Shown here in pieces: positions 18,072-27,705 of a DNA stretch of 64,000 nucleotides. The notes beneath the pieces were generated by a model, which was given only the letters and a program-made list of their open reading frames with translations, had not been told where the DNA came from and made no database searches. Each line of letters begins with the position of its first letter. Positions within the stretch are counted from its first letter, which is position 1. Source of the DNA: Candidatus Poribacteria bacterium (GTDB lineage: Bacteria; Poribacteria; WGA-4E; PCPOR2b); contig OZ220744.1 of assembly GCA_965116925.1 (NCBI GenBank), positions 3,072,001 to 3,136,000 on the forward strand, written 5' to 3'. A program made the position numbers and the translations under genes.

Positions 18072-18100
18072 ATTATACCACACAAACGTGAAGTGGTCAA
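18072..18100 (-). promoter_or_regulatory. Sigma70 promoter with extended -10, facing the small zinc-ribbon gene
   Basis: Minus strand TTGACC-N17-TATAAT, with TGn immediately upstream of the -10. Confidence 0.65.
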
Positions 18101-18120
18101 GTAAAAATATCAACATTTTC

Positions 18121-18675
18121 TAGATATTATAGGGTCGCTTAGTTCTTCTGTAGGAGGGATCTCCGAATCCCGACATCTCACTAAATAGCCCTATAGATAT
18201 TATAGGGTCATTTATAGTGACTTCAAAAAATAAAGAAACACTGGCACCCCCCCGGTAGGTGCGGTTTGTAACCGCACCGGTTTGACGTGTCCCATTAATT
18301 CTAAAATCTACTATAGTTTTCCATTTTAGGCCATGTCCCGTTGTTCGTAGTCGCACATTCTATCCACACCCGGTAGGCGGGGCATCTGGTCTCCCCGCCG
18401 TTGGGCGTCGCGCGTTCATTGTACATTGTTAAGGTAGGTATGGCTGTCGTCTTTAATCCGTGTAATCCGTTAATCCGTGTTAATCCGAGATTCAAACAAT
18501 AATATCCGGAGAATTAAATAGCCCTATAGATATTCGCTCATGTTAAGATTCAGTGCAAAGAAACCGAATATTCGTAGGGGTTGGGTCACCCAACCCTTAC
18601 GGCGGGCGGGGAGACCCCGCCCCTACGATTTCGCTTCGTGCTTTGCACTTTTTTTTAATATCAGCCTAGATATTA
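18121..18675. mobile_element. Stack of three MITEs (E, E with nested A, and D) separated by repeated TSD TAGATATT(A)
   Basis: TAGATATT(A) at 18121, 18194, 18527 and 18667. Family E ends TAGGGTC...AAATAGCCCTA. MITE A at 18213-18315. Confidence 0.72.
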
Positions 18676-18683
18676 TGATGATC

Positions 18684-18713
18684 TTGACAACGCATAAGAG
18701 CGTATGCTATCCT
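18684..18713 (+). promoter_or_regulatory. Sigma70-type promoter of mnmA
   Basis: TTGACA-N18-TATCCT with TGn extension. Confidence 0.55.
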
Positions 18714-18748
18714 TAATGTGATTTCATTCTAAGAAAACGTAAATATAG

Positions 18749-19834
18749 GTGATTAGATTGGGTACAAAAGTTATCGCTGCGATGAGCGGCGGTGTTGATA
18801 GTTCAGTGACTGCGGCATTGATGGTCGAAGCAGGCTATGATGTGATTGCAATTACCATGCGACTCGGTACGCACGACACAATTGAGATCGAGTCGGACAA
18901 GCCGAACTGCTGCTCGCTTGAGGGTGTCGAAGACGCGCGGCGGGTTGCCACACAGCTGGGGATACCGTTTTACGCCGTCAATTACGAGGAGACTTTCCGG
19001 CAGAGTATCGTTGATTACTTTGCTGATGAATACGTTTCTGGACGGACACCGAGTCCGTGCGTTATCTGTAATCAGGACCTGAAGTTTGGAAAACTGCTCG
19101 ATCTGGCTACGCAGTTAGAAGTTGATTACGTGGCGACGGGGCATTACGCCAGAATCGAACGTGAGCCAGAGACGGACCGCTATATCCTACGCAAAGGGCT
19201 TGACTCCCGCAAGGATCAGTCCTACTTCCTATTTTCCCTGACACAGGCGCAGTTGCGCCGAGCGTTGATGCCGCTCGGTGGGTATGAAAAGGATGAGGTA
19301 AGAGCGGTCGCGCGGAAATATCAGTTGCGGACAGCGGAGAAGCCGGAAAGCCAAGAGCTCTGCTTTATTGCGGACGATAACTACAAGCGATTTCTCAAGG
19401 ATCGGATCCCTGAAAAGATTCAGGAAGGCGATATCCTTGATCAAGAGGGGCGTGTGCTCGGAGAGCATCAGGGAATCCCGTTTTACACGGTTGGACAACG
19501 GAAAGGATTGGGGATCTCTGCCGAGACGCCTCTCTATGTCACTGAATTAAAGGTCCGCGACAACACCATCGTCGTTGGAAAGAACAAAGACCTCTTGGCG
19601 GATACGATGCAGGTTGAAGAGGTAAACCTCATCACGATGGATAAGCTGACCGAGCCGATTCGCACGGAGGTCAAGATTCGCTATAAAGATACAGGGGCAC
19701 CGGCGACCATTTATCCCCTGAACGACACAGAGGTAGAGGTCAAGTTTGATCAACCACGCCGTGCTGTGACCCCGGGACAGGCGGCGGTGTTCTACGATGG
19801 TGATACCGTCGTCGGGGGCGGTTGGATTAAGTAG
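18749..19834 (+). CDS. mnmA: tRNA 2-thiouridine(34) synthase
   Basis: AMSGGVDS PP-loop, PSPCVICN, ATGHYA, KDQSYFL, ESQELCF and TPGQAAVFY motifs. Confidence 0.97.
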   Translation: MIRLGTKVIAAMSGGVDSSVTAALMVEAGYDVIAITMRLGTHDTIEIESDKPNCCSLEGVEDARRVATQLGIPFYAVNYEETFRQSIVDYFADEYVSGRTPSPCVICNQDLKFGKLLDLATQLEVDYVATGHYARIEREPETDRYILRKGLDSRKDQSYFLFSLTQAQLRRALMPLGGYEKDEVRAVARKYQLRTAEKPESQELCFIADDNYKRFLKDRIPEKIQEGDILDQEGRVLGEHQGIPFYTVGQRKGLGISAETPLYVTELKVRDNTIVVGKNKDLLADTMQVEEVNLITMDKLTEPIRTEVKIRYKDTGAPATIYPLNDTEVEVKFDQPRRAVTPGQAAVFYDGDTVVGGGWIK

Positions 19835-19855
19835 ATTTGTCTGTGCAGATAGAAG

Positions 19856-20290
19856 ATGGACCTCCTCGAAGCACAACATCGAAAAATTATCATTATCCTT
19901 GTTATCGTGATACTCGCGGGCGGGGCATATTGGATGCTAAAGCATTTTCACCCCGCGCTTTTTCTCGGTGAACCCGATCTCGTTGTCGAGACGAAAGCAG
20001 CGCCACCTTTACCGGCACCATCCTCAACTCCTACCTCATCTGCTCCTTCTGTGTCTCCGCAACCTTCCGAAGAACTGTCTACACCGTCGGATGGATCGCG
20101 GATCAACATCAACACCGCAACGTCACAAGAGTTACAAACATTACCTCGCATTGGACCTGCGCTGGCGCAACGCATCATTGAATACCGTCAAACCTCCGGT
20201 GGGTTCTCCACTGTTGATGACCTCACAAATGTCAAAGGCATCGGGGAGAAAACGCTGGAGAAAATTCGGACTAGCATCACCGCCTATTAG
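19856..20290 (+). CDS. comEA: ComEA-like membrane-anchored helix-hairpin-helix DNA-binding protein
   Basis: N-terminal TM, ININTAT...LPRIGPALAQRII...VKGIGEKTLEK. Confidence 0.85.
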   Translation: MDLLEAQHRKIIIILVIVILAGGAYWMLKHFHPALFLGEPDLVVETKAAPPLPAPSSTPTSSAPSVSPQPSEELSTPSDGSRININTATSQELQTLPRIGPALAQRIIEYRQTSGGFSTVDDLTNVKGIGEKTLEKIRTSITAY

Positions 20291-20385
20291 GCATCCGGTC
20301 AGAGAGTTTTTTTCATTTGAACCTTGATGCAGGTGTGCTATAATTTCCTAAACTTTGCAACCTTTTTTACAAGGAGGAATCAGTA

Positions 20386-20793
20386 ATGTCAACCCTCGTA
20401 CATGTCGGTGTCCGTGCCACCAATTTGGAAGCGACCATCCGATTTTGGCGCGATGCCCTCGGATTGAAAGTTTTTTCAACAATGGACGGCTGCTACGATC
20501 TCACCGATGGCTACCACAACTTCCGGGTCTTTCAGCACAATGGACCCGAAAGACCGCCGCACGTCGGTGGAATGTTAGACTATCTCCACATCGGTGTCCG
20601 TGTCCCAGACCTACAGGAAGCCGCCAAGCGGTGTGAGGCGAATGGGTTCACAATTATATCAGACGGGGTCGGCGGAGAGGAATACGATCCGAATTCGCCC
20701 CCAGACGAATCGTTCAAGGTGGAAGACCCTGACGGGATTGTAGTGGATGTGACGGCAGACGATGATCAGTGGCCAGGCGTCCAATCCCGATAA
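20386..20793 (+). CDS. VOC / glyoxalase family protein
   Basis: HVGVRATNLE..RFWRDALGL, HIGVRV, EDPDG motifs. RBS AAGGAGG. Confidence 0.88.
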   Translation: MSTLVHVGVRATNLEATIRFWRDALGLKVFSTMDGCYDLTDGYHNFRVFQHNGPERPPHVGGMLDYLHIGVRVPDLQEAAKRCEANGFTIISDGVGGEEYDPNSPPDESFKVEDPDGIVVDVTADDDQWPGVQSR

Positions 20794-20817
20794 CAGACAA
20801 CATTTGGCATTGAGCAT

Positions 20818-20850
20818 AAGCCCTATGCACAATCCATAGGGCTTTTTTAT
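20818..20850 (+). terminator. Rho-independent terminator
   Basis: AAGCCCTATG-cacaatc-CATAGGGCTTTTTT. Confidence 0.8.
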
Positions 20851-20957
20851 TTGCCTGATTGAACTTGTCATTGCCAACCGTTCTGTCGTGTATAGGCATA
20901 AAAAACGCTTGACATCCACTTTACTCATTTGGTATTATTCTATCCGCTCTCGATTGT

Positions 20958-21030
20958 GCCGAGGTAGCTCAGTAGGTAGAGCAGTGGACTGAAAATCCAT
21001 GTGTCGGCAGTTCAATTCTGCCCCTCGGCA
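20958..21030 (+). tRNA. tRNA-Phe (GAA)
   Basis: GCCGAGG/CCTCGGC acceptor stem, anticodon loop CTGAAAA, TTCAATT T-loop. CCA not encoded. Upstream TTGACA-N18-TATTAT at 20909-20938. Confidence 0.97.
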
Positions 21031-21080
21031 TCCCTATCCTCACGGTCTCATCATCTCTGTTGAGACCGTTTTCCTTATAT

Positions 21081-21157
21081 GCCGGTGTAGCTCAGTTGGT
21101 CAGAGCGGTTGATTCGTAATCAACAGGTCGGAGGTTCAAATCCTCTCACCGGCTCCA
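21081..21157 (+). tRNA. tRNA-Thr (CGT)
   Basis: GCCGGTG/CACCGGC acceptor stem, GTTGA-TTCGTAA-TCAAC anticodon arm, encoded CCA. Confidence 0.97.
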
Positions 21158-21291
21158 TTTTCGCGCTTATCCCTCCTTCTATTCAATTCCGTATTACCGA
21201 AGATTTTAACTAGGTTGTAAAGAAGCATTATACCCTATCTGGGCTACCTAAACTTTTCTTTACTTACTGCGTCTACTACGGGACAAACGCC

Positions 21292-21864
21292 ATGAAAGAA
21301 GATCCAGATCGCTACCTCGTTAAAAGAGCACAATGCGGAGATACCCGCGCTTTTGGTGAGTTGGTTCAGAAGTATCAGAAACGGATTTACGAACTCGCTT
21401 ATAACTTTACTCACCATCCAGAGGATGCGTATGATCTGTCTCAGGAGATCTTCCTTAGGTGTTTCAAAGCACTGAATCGTTTTGAAAGCAAATCCACATT
21501 TTACACATGGATTTATCGGATTGCCAAAAATGCGTGTATCGATTATACACGCCGTCGCGCAAGTCATAAAAATATCTCTTTTGTCGAGGAATTCCCCGCT
21601 GACGATTTCCTATTCCCTTCGGGCGGCACCCAGGATGTTACAATGCACGGCTTAGAACAGGCAGAACTGGGCAGGGAAATTAGGAATGCAATCCAACAAT
21701 TATCTCCTCGTCAGAAGCAGGTGTTTATCTTGAGGCACTATGAAGGATTAGCACTTCGCGAAATTGCTGATACGCTCCATCTGCGGGTCGGCAGCGTCAA
21801 AGCCCATCTATTTAGCGCGACGCGAAAACTACGCGACCTACTTGCACCTTACTTAGAAAATTGA
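21292..21864 (+). CDS. ECF RNA polymerase sigma factor
   Basis: DAYDLSQEIF, FYTWIYRIAKNACIDY and region 4 LREIADTL...GSVKAHL. Confidence 0.93.
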   Translation: MKEDPDRYLVKRAQCGDTRAFGELVQKYQKRIYELAYNFTHHPEDAYDLSQEIFLRCFKALNRFESKSTFYTWIYRIAKNACIDYTRRRASHKNISFVEEFPADDFLFPSGGTQDVTMHGLEQAELGREIRNAIQQLSPRQKQVFILRHYEGLALREIADTLHLRVGSVKAHLFSATRKLRDLLAPYLEN

Positions 21865-21870
21865 TTCGTC

Positions 21871-22536
21871 ATGAAATGCAAATTAGCTAAAAAAATAATA
21901 TCAGCATACATTGAGGGAACGTTGTCTCCAAAACGGTCCCAGCGATTAGAACTTCATATTGACGACTGCCCTCACTGCCAAAAGGAATTGCGAACCTTTG
22001 AGGAAACAATCCATCATGCCAGTAGTCTGCCGGTGGAGTATCCGACGCCAGAAGCGTGGAAAGCATTTTGGCCCACTCTCCGTGTAAGGATTTCGCAAAG
22101 TCAAGCATTTGAGGAAAACCACCTTCCCCTTTGGGTCAGGAGGCATGGGTGGAAAATGGCAGGGGTGGCTTGCGTGCTGGCTCTCCTTTTAAGTTTTTGG
22201 GGACTTTCCAACAGCCGCTTATTCAAAACATCGACCGAAAATCCCACTTTTGATGCGTTAATCTCATCAAGCTTCATGGCTGAAATTCCTGTAGAACAGT
22301 TGCGAAAACAGGTAAATTATGAGCTTCAACGCCTAGATGTGCCTTTGGTTTGGGACAACCAGCGTTCGCTTATCGATGAAATTCGACTGCCAAATTCGGA
22401 GGCTTCCGCCGACATGGTCAACCAATGGTTCCATGTCATCACATCTGAAATTGACGTTGAGTCTGTTGGAACTGAAGTTTTCACTGACGCTATTCCTTCG
22501 ACGACAGATCGAATTGATTTTGTTACCTTGGATTAA
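21871..22536 (+). CDS. zf-HC2 (ZAS) anti-sigma factor with TM helix
   Basis: HIDDCPHC (HxxxCxxC) motif, central TM helix, directly after the ECF sigma gene. Confidence 0.88.
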   Translation: MKCKLAKKIISAYIEGTLSPKRSQRLELHIDDCPHCQKELRTFEETIHHASSLPVEYPTPEAWKAFWPTLRVRISQSQAFEENHLPLWVRRHGWKMAGVACVLALLLSFWGLSNSRLFKTSTENPTFDALISSSFMAEIPVEQLRKQVNYELQRLDVPLVWDNQRSLIDEIRLPNSEASADMVNQWFHVITSEIDVESVGTEVFTDAIPSTTDRIDFVTLD

Positions 22537-22563
22537 AGAAACTCCCAAAGGAGGATACTATCT

Positions 22564-23115
22564 ATGAAACGCCGTTACCTACTATTGCTCTCAGTGATCC
22601 CCGTGGTACTCGCATTGGTGTTCTTGATTCCTCTCATCAAAGCAGACGCTCCGTCGCCCCGATCAACAACGCCAAGCGAATTGGCTGAATTGGTCGAGAC
22701 CCTCAAAATTTGGAAATTGGTTGATGCAGTTTCGCCAACAGCGGAGCAAACGGTGCCTTTGTTAACCCAATTCAACAAGTTGGAAAAATTAAAAATGCAG
22801 TATCGGCAGGAACATCGGCAGAGTATGAACCGGTTGAAACAGCTAAAAACTACCGTGCTTGGTTCTCAAGCAGGACCCGCTGAGCTACAAACTGCCTTAA
22901 CGCACCACAGCGAAGTCGAAAATGGGTTTATCGCTGAAAGACAAAAAATCATGGAAGAGATTAATCGGATCCTGACTGTTGAGCAACAAGCCCAATTTAT
23001 CCTTTTCAGCTATAGCTATCGTCAGGAGTTGAAGAAAACGTTGCAGACCTTGATTGTCATGCAAGAGCAAGGAAAGGCAAAAGATATACTTGCGGCTAAA
23101 TCCGTAATCAAATAA
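22564..23115 (+). CDS. Exported helical protein, Spy/CpxP-like
   Basis: Signal peptide, coiled-coil and ILTVEQQAQF (LTxEQ) motif. Third gene of the ECF operon. Confidence 0.65.
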   Translation: MKRRYLLLLSVIPVVLALVFLIPLIKADAPSPRSTTPSELAELVETLKIWKLVDAVSPTAEQTVPLLTQFNKLEKLKMQYRQEHRQSMNRLKQLKTTVLGSQAGPAELQTALTHHSEVENGFIAERQKIMEEINRILTVEQQAQFILFSYSYRQELKKTLQTLIVMQEQGKAKDILAAKSVIK

Positions 23116-23285
23116 CAATAGGAGTTACGCACTTCAGATTGTAGTTGCCCGATTCATCGGGCGTATCGGCGTGTGGTACAACCTACATTCGTCGTAGGCG
23201 GGGCATCTGGTTTCCCCGCATTGGGGATGAAGCATTGAACGACAACACCTCATCGTTCAACTGCGTAAGTCTTACTAGAAAAAGA

Positions 23286-23323
23286 AAAGCCGTCTTAAAG
23301 AGTGTCTTTGAGACGGCTTTTTT
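23286..23323. terminator. Bidirectional terminator between convergent genes
   Basis: AAAAGCCGTCTTAAAGA-gtg-TCTTTGAGACGGCTTTTT. Confidence 0.8.
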
Positions 23324-23376
23324 ATTTGGTATCAATTGGCTTGCTATTTTTTGGTACTAATAATCTTTTTCATTAC

Positions 23377-24126
23377 CTAAATTTCTGAAGACCACTGCCA
23401 ACACCTCAATTCCCAATCATGTCCCTTTACCGCAAGTGCCCCTGCATAACCGGGCGCAGGGTTTAACGCTTGTAGAGACCAATGGGCAGTTTCTTGGGGA
23501 TGGTTGTGGGTACGCAGCAACGCTGCCGGTTCCCCCGGCGTCAGCGAAACATCAAACGCACTCAAAGGAATAGACATCCCTCTCCCTTCCGCTTTGATAT
23601 AGGCTTCCTTGCGCGTCCAACAGTTAAAGAATCCCTCTTTCTGTAAGTGTTGGGGAAGTGCGCGGAGCACAGCCGCCTCTCGTGGTGAGAAGAATCGCTC
23701 GGCGAGTTTTTCCGCTTCAACATCGGGACGAAAATACTCGATATCAACCCCAATCTCCCTACCGCGAGTGACGGCGTAAAGAGCCATTTCATGGGAGTGA
23801 GATAGGTTGAAACAGAGGCCTTCCGTACCAGTCTCCTCGGTCAAGTCTGGCTTCCCATACGAATTATAGCGGAAACGCAGATGGGCCGGTTCTTTGTCCA
23901 GATAACGACTCAAGATATTCCGCAGCAGCCCACGTCCAGCGATAAAGTGCTCTCGGTGCTTCTGAAAGTAGAACCTTTCCGCTCTGGCACGTTCGTCCAC
24001 CGCAAGCGTATCCTCAAGGGTACGCAGCGCGGAGGCGGACACATGCAAGGAGGCCCGCCAAACATGGACGGCATTATTGGATAGTACAAGGGTTTTGGGT
24101 GGCGAATCCCATGAAGAAAAGGGCAT
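23377..24126 (-). CDS. 4'-phosphopantetheinyl transferase (Sfp/HetI type)
   Basis: YGKP, FNLSHS, IGVDIE and WTRKEAYIKA motifs. Confidence 0.93.
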   Translation of the reverse strand: MPFSSWDSPPKTLVLSNNAVHVWRASLHVSASALRTLEDTLAVDERARAERFYFQKHREHFIAGRGLLRNILSRYLDKEPAHLRFRYNSYGKPDLTEETGTEGLCFNLSHSHEMALYAVTRGREIGVDIEYFRPDVEAEKLAERFFSPREAAVLRALPQHLQKEGFFNCWTRKEAYIKAEGRGMSIPLSAFDVSLTPGEPAALLRTHNHPQETAHWSLQALNPAPGYAGALAVKGHDWELRCWQWSSEI

Positions 24127-24201
24127 CGGTTTTTCCTCAGCCGAATTGCGTTGGATTTCAGCTTCACAATAACTCGGTCAAAATCTGACAGGAAACGAAA
24201 A

Positions 24202-25146
24202 TCAGTTGCCGAACCGTGCCTCATATTTCTCCCATACCTCATCGGAAAGAGGTACGCTCGCTGCTCGTGCGTTTGCTTCCAACTGCTCAACGTTCAACGA
24301 ACCGATATTATTCCCATGAATCCGATCGTCTAGCAGGCAGAACTGAAGGGCTAATTGGAGCAGATCTACTCCCTCCTCCTGACACCATTTCCATCTTTCC
24401 CTCGCAGATTCGAGGTCGGGGTGATTTGCCCATCGCCCTTGCGCCACTTCTGCGTCAATATCAACCCCGGTCAGCAAGCCACGCAGGATTGACCAGCCGT
24501 TCATTACACCGACATCCGCTTCAGCGGCGGCGGGTAGAACCGTATCCGCGGCGGTTTGACGAGCCAAGTTATAATCGTTGAAGCACAAGAGAAGATCAAC
24601 ATCGCCGGTGGCAATTGTTTTCAGATGGAAATCGTGTGGGCGCATCCCGTATCCGACAAAATGAACTAGCCCCCGCCCTTTGCACCGTAATACACCATCC
24701 AACGTCCCACCCTTCTCAAGCGTCGGTTCAATTTCGGACGGATCATGGATCAACATACCATCGAAATAGTCTGTACCGAGCAACTGCAGCTGATCTTCGA
24801 CATCCGCAACCGCACGCTCGGCGGAATAATCGGGCCTTCCCTCACCGTAACCGCCCCATTCCGCTGCAGAGTGGCAACACAGGCGTCCGGTGATTATCAC
24901 GTCCTCGCGTGGAATCTCCTTCAACGCCAAGCCGAGTTTACGCATCGAATCCCCATAGCAGCGAGCGCAGTCGAAATGGTTGACACCGATACTGATGGCA
25001 TATTTGATGAGCGCGATGGCATCCTCATCAGAGACAAAACCGAAATGGTTGCCGAACCCTTGCGTTCCGAAAGGAACGACGGGGATGCTCAACTCTGTCC
25101 GTCCCAAACGGCGGCGCGGTATAGATAGTGTTGCATGTGTCGCCAT
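24202..25146 (-). CDS. Aldo/keto reductase
   Basis: RRRLGRT, GVNHFDCARCYG and LGTDYFDGMLIHDP motifs. Confidence 0.9.
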   Translation of the reverse strand: MATHATLSIPRRRLGRTELSIPVVPFGTQGFGNHFGFVSDEDAIALIKYAISIGVNHFDCARCYGDSMRKLGLALKEIPREDVIITGRLCCHSAAEWGGYGEGRPDYSAERAVADVEDQLQLLGTDYFDGMLIHDPSEIEPTLEKGGTLDGVLRCKGRGLVHFVGYGMRPHDFHLKTIATGDVDLLLCFNDYNLARQTAADTVLPAAAEADVGVMNGWSILRGLLTGVDIDAEVAQGRWANHPDLESARERWKWCQEEGVDLLQLALQFCLLDDRIHGNNIGSLNVEQLEANARAASVPLSDEVWEKYEARFGN

Positions 25147-25159
25147 AGATCACTCCTTG

Positions 25160-25388
25160 AAAACATAGACTGATTTTCGCAAAAAAGATTTCTTGACAAT
25201 ATCCCAATTCTATATCGGATTTTGATCCGCTGCAAGCAAATTCTAATAGTAGTAGGCATACTCCGTATGCCGTAAAAACATAGACTGGTTTCCCTAAAAA
25301 GATTTCTTGACAATATCCCAATTCTATATCGGATTTTGATCCGCTGCAAGCGAATTCTAATAGTAGTAGGCATACTCCGTATGCCGTA
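25160..25388. repeat. Tandem duplication (115 + 114 bp), each unit ending in REP GTAGTAGGCATACTCCGTATGCC
   Basis: Units at 25160-25274 and 25275-25388 are nearly identical. Confidence 0.9.
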
Positions 25389-25420
25389 ACCTGCAGGACG
25401 GGCATCTTGCCCAACCCATT

Positions 25421-26386
25421 TCAAGCGGGATCCTGCTTCCCCGGCGCATCCAAGCCCACATCCACCAACGCTCCAAATAGCTCTTCAATCCGTCCGAGAT
25501 CGGCTGCTGGCAAAGGACCGCTCAAAATCGAGTCGATATTGGATTGCAGATGCGTCGGGCTGCCCGTACCAAAGAGTATCACATCCGTACCGGGTTCATG
25601 ACGGCAATACCGGTATGCTGCGTCGATAACCGTGCAAGCACCGCCCGAACGAATCAGAAAACCGAGTGGATGCTCCCTCTCTGCTAGCCAAGCGGGCAAT
25701 TTCCCTTCGTTTATCAGTTGCATAACCACGTGGTTCAATCTGCCCGGTTTGCTGAACAACAACCGCACAGCGAACATATTCAACACGCCGATCCCTTTCG
25801 CTAGGGTATGTTTGAAAATCTTCTCACGTGCCGACTGGTGCATGAGATGGAAAGCGACCATCACCACATCAAAGTAATCCTGTTGCACCGCCCGTGTAAG
25901 TGTTTCATGATGAGGGTCTTTGGGGGGAACCTCCGTGATACCGAGAAAACGGAATTTCCCTTTCTCTCGCTCCCGTAGCAGCGCAGGGACTATTTTTTCC
26001 ACAGCATAATCGTAGACCCCGGGTTGTACGCCGTGCAGGTGAAACACATCCACATACGTCAGATCCATCTTCCGCAAAGAGGCTTCCAATTCGCTGACCA
26101 CCTGTGCAGGTAGTTTGCGACCTGTGTCATCGGCGAGCGTGGTCTTCGTCGAAATCACCAATTCGTCCCGATTTCGTCCCTTCAGTGCCTTGCCAACGAT
26201 GGTTTCTGTGCGATAGTTCCGCGCTGTGTCGATGAAGCTGACCCCTAGATCCATGGCTTGTTGGACTATCGCAATAGATTGGGCTTCACTTCTACCGGTT
26301 GACTGACCCAACCGGCTATATCCACCGCAGCCAAGTCCAGCCACGCTTACTTGAATTCCTGTTTTACCGAGTGTTGTATATTGCAT
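25421..26386 (-). CDS. Aldo/keto reductase
   Basis: MQYTTLGKTG...GLGCGG, FIDTARNYRTE, ISTK and VDVFHLHG motifs. Start moved to 26386. Confidence 0.92.
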   Translation of the reverse strand: MQYTTLGKTGIQVSVAGLGCGGYSRLGQSTGRSEAQSIAIVQQAMDLGVSFIDTARNYRTETIVGKALKGRNRDELVISTKTTLADDTGRKLPAQVVSELEASLRKMDLTYVDVFHLHGVQPGVYDYAVEKIVPALLREREKGKFRFLGITEVPPKDPHHETLTRAVQQDYFDVVMVAFHLMHQSAREKIFKHTLAKGIGVLNMFAVRLLFSKPGRLNHVVMQLINEGKLPAWLAEREHPLGFLIRSGGACTVIDAAYRYCRHEPGTDVILFGTGSPTHLQSNIDSILSGPLPAADLGRIEELFGALVDVGLDAPGKQDPA

Positions 26387-26541
26387 AGTTTTTAATAGAT
26401 GAGGTGTTGACTCATATAAAAAGAGACTGCAGCGCATGAAGATAAACCGAGTTTTTTCGGCAAAACTCGGTTTCTGTTGCACGATTTCTTTACATGAACC
26501 GAAAATTTATCTGATTCCTTAATCCTCAAGTACCGTAATAA

Positions 26542-27369
26542 TCACTTCAACCCCAATTCCACCCAAGTAGACACCAACCGCTGAATACGTGGGTTATCAC
26601 TCTGGAGGAAGGCGTCTGAGAACACCCGTCCCGGGGGTTTGTGCTGAGTCTGCTCCATCAGGTTTAGGATCCCTTGATAATCCTTCTTCAATAGCGCGAT
26701 GTGTTCTGGAAGCGTCGGCTCAGGTGTAAAATTTAACGCTAAATGCCGCCTGCCGGGTTTACCGCCAAAAGAGGCGTGCCAGAGATTCATGTTTAAAAAA
26801 AAGATGTCTCCGGGCTGTGACTCCAACGGAAAGGACGGCACCTCGGATCCGGGGAGGTCAATCTGCGGGGTTGGACGATCCGCGGGTCCCTCGCGGTCCC
26901 CCAAATGCTTGAGGTCATCGTGCAACGGCGACCGCTGCGAACCGGGGATCACACGCAAGCAGCCGGTGTCTCTCGTAAGCGGATCCAGATACAACGAAAC
27001 CTTTATAAAAAAATAGTCTTGTGTACTACCACCATCTGGATGCCATTTCGTATCCCCAAGATAATGATGTCCTTCGGAGCAGAGCCAGCGGCAACCATCT
27101 CCCAACAACTGACAGACCGTCTCGTAAATGCGGTCATCCGCCACAAGCTCTGTCAGGATCGGATGTCTCTCCGCAATTCCATAAACCGACTGTAGCCGAT
27201 GGTATCTCGACTGCTGCTTTTCGTCTAGCGAAGGTTGACCGCGCCGGTCTTCCTCAAGCAGGTCGTCGAAACCCCGGCTAATCTCCGTCATCTCGTTGGA
27301 AGAGAACGCTCGGGGCAACGCCAAGAAACCAAACGTTTGGAAGTGGGCAATCTGTTCTGCTGTTATCAC
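26542..27369 (-). CDS. Phytanoyl-CoA dioxygenase (PhyH) family Fe/2OG enzyme
   Basis: FQTFGFL, WHPD, GCLRVIPGS, PGD...LWHAS motifs. Confidence 0.9.
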   Translation of the reverse strand: MITAEQIAHFQTFGFLALPRAFSSNEMTEISRGFDDLLEEDRRGQPSLDEKQQSRYHRLQSVYGIAERHPILTELVADDRIYETVCQLLGDGCRWLCSEGHHYLGDTKWHPDGGSTQDYFFIKVSLYLDPLTRDTGCLRVIPGSQRSPLHDDLKHLGDREGPADRPTPQIDLPGSEVPSFPLESQPGDIFFLNMNLWHASFGGKPGRRHLALNFTPEPTLPEHIALLKKDYQGILNLMEQTQHKPPGRVFSDAFLQSDNPRIQRLVSTWVELGLK

Positions 27370-27705
27370 AACGATTCTCCTAGGTCAACTGTCTGTCCGC
27401 GAACTTCGGGCATCTTAATCCGATTTGCAAAAAGGGGTTGACAAACGTAGGGAACGCAGATCTGCGTTCCCTACAACCCTTACTTAATTTATTATATCAA
27501 TTCCCTATTGAAATGTGTCGCAAATTTGCTTGCACCAAGGATATTAACGATGAAATTTCCATTTAGGATACTTTAAGATTTTTCAAAATCAAATCCAAAA
27601 AGCATTGCTTTCTAATCTGACCTCGTGATATTCTAATCGCCGCAGGTTTCGCAACGAGGTAAGAAGCCCCTTTACGCATGTTTCCACTTACATAAAGGAG
27701 TCAAA

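Noticed and set aside
20958..21157. tRNA-anchored genomic island or prophage
   Set aside because: No integrase and no duplicated tRNA 3' end seen in the window.
23377..24126. Secondary-metabolite cluster around the PPTase
   Set aside because: No carrier protein, PKS or NRPS genes nearby.
25028..25424. ORFs with internal repeats (25028-25414, 25089-25424) and ORFs made of MITE/REP sequence (5029-5250, 18120-18356, 45511-45927, 46434-46640, 49883-50074)
   Set aside because: They are translations of non-coding repeats.
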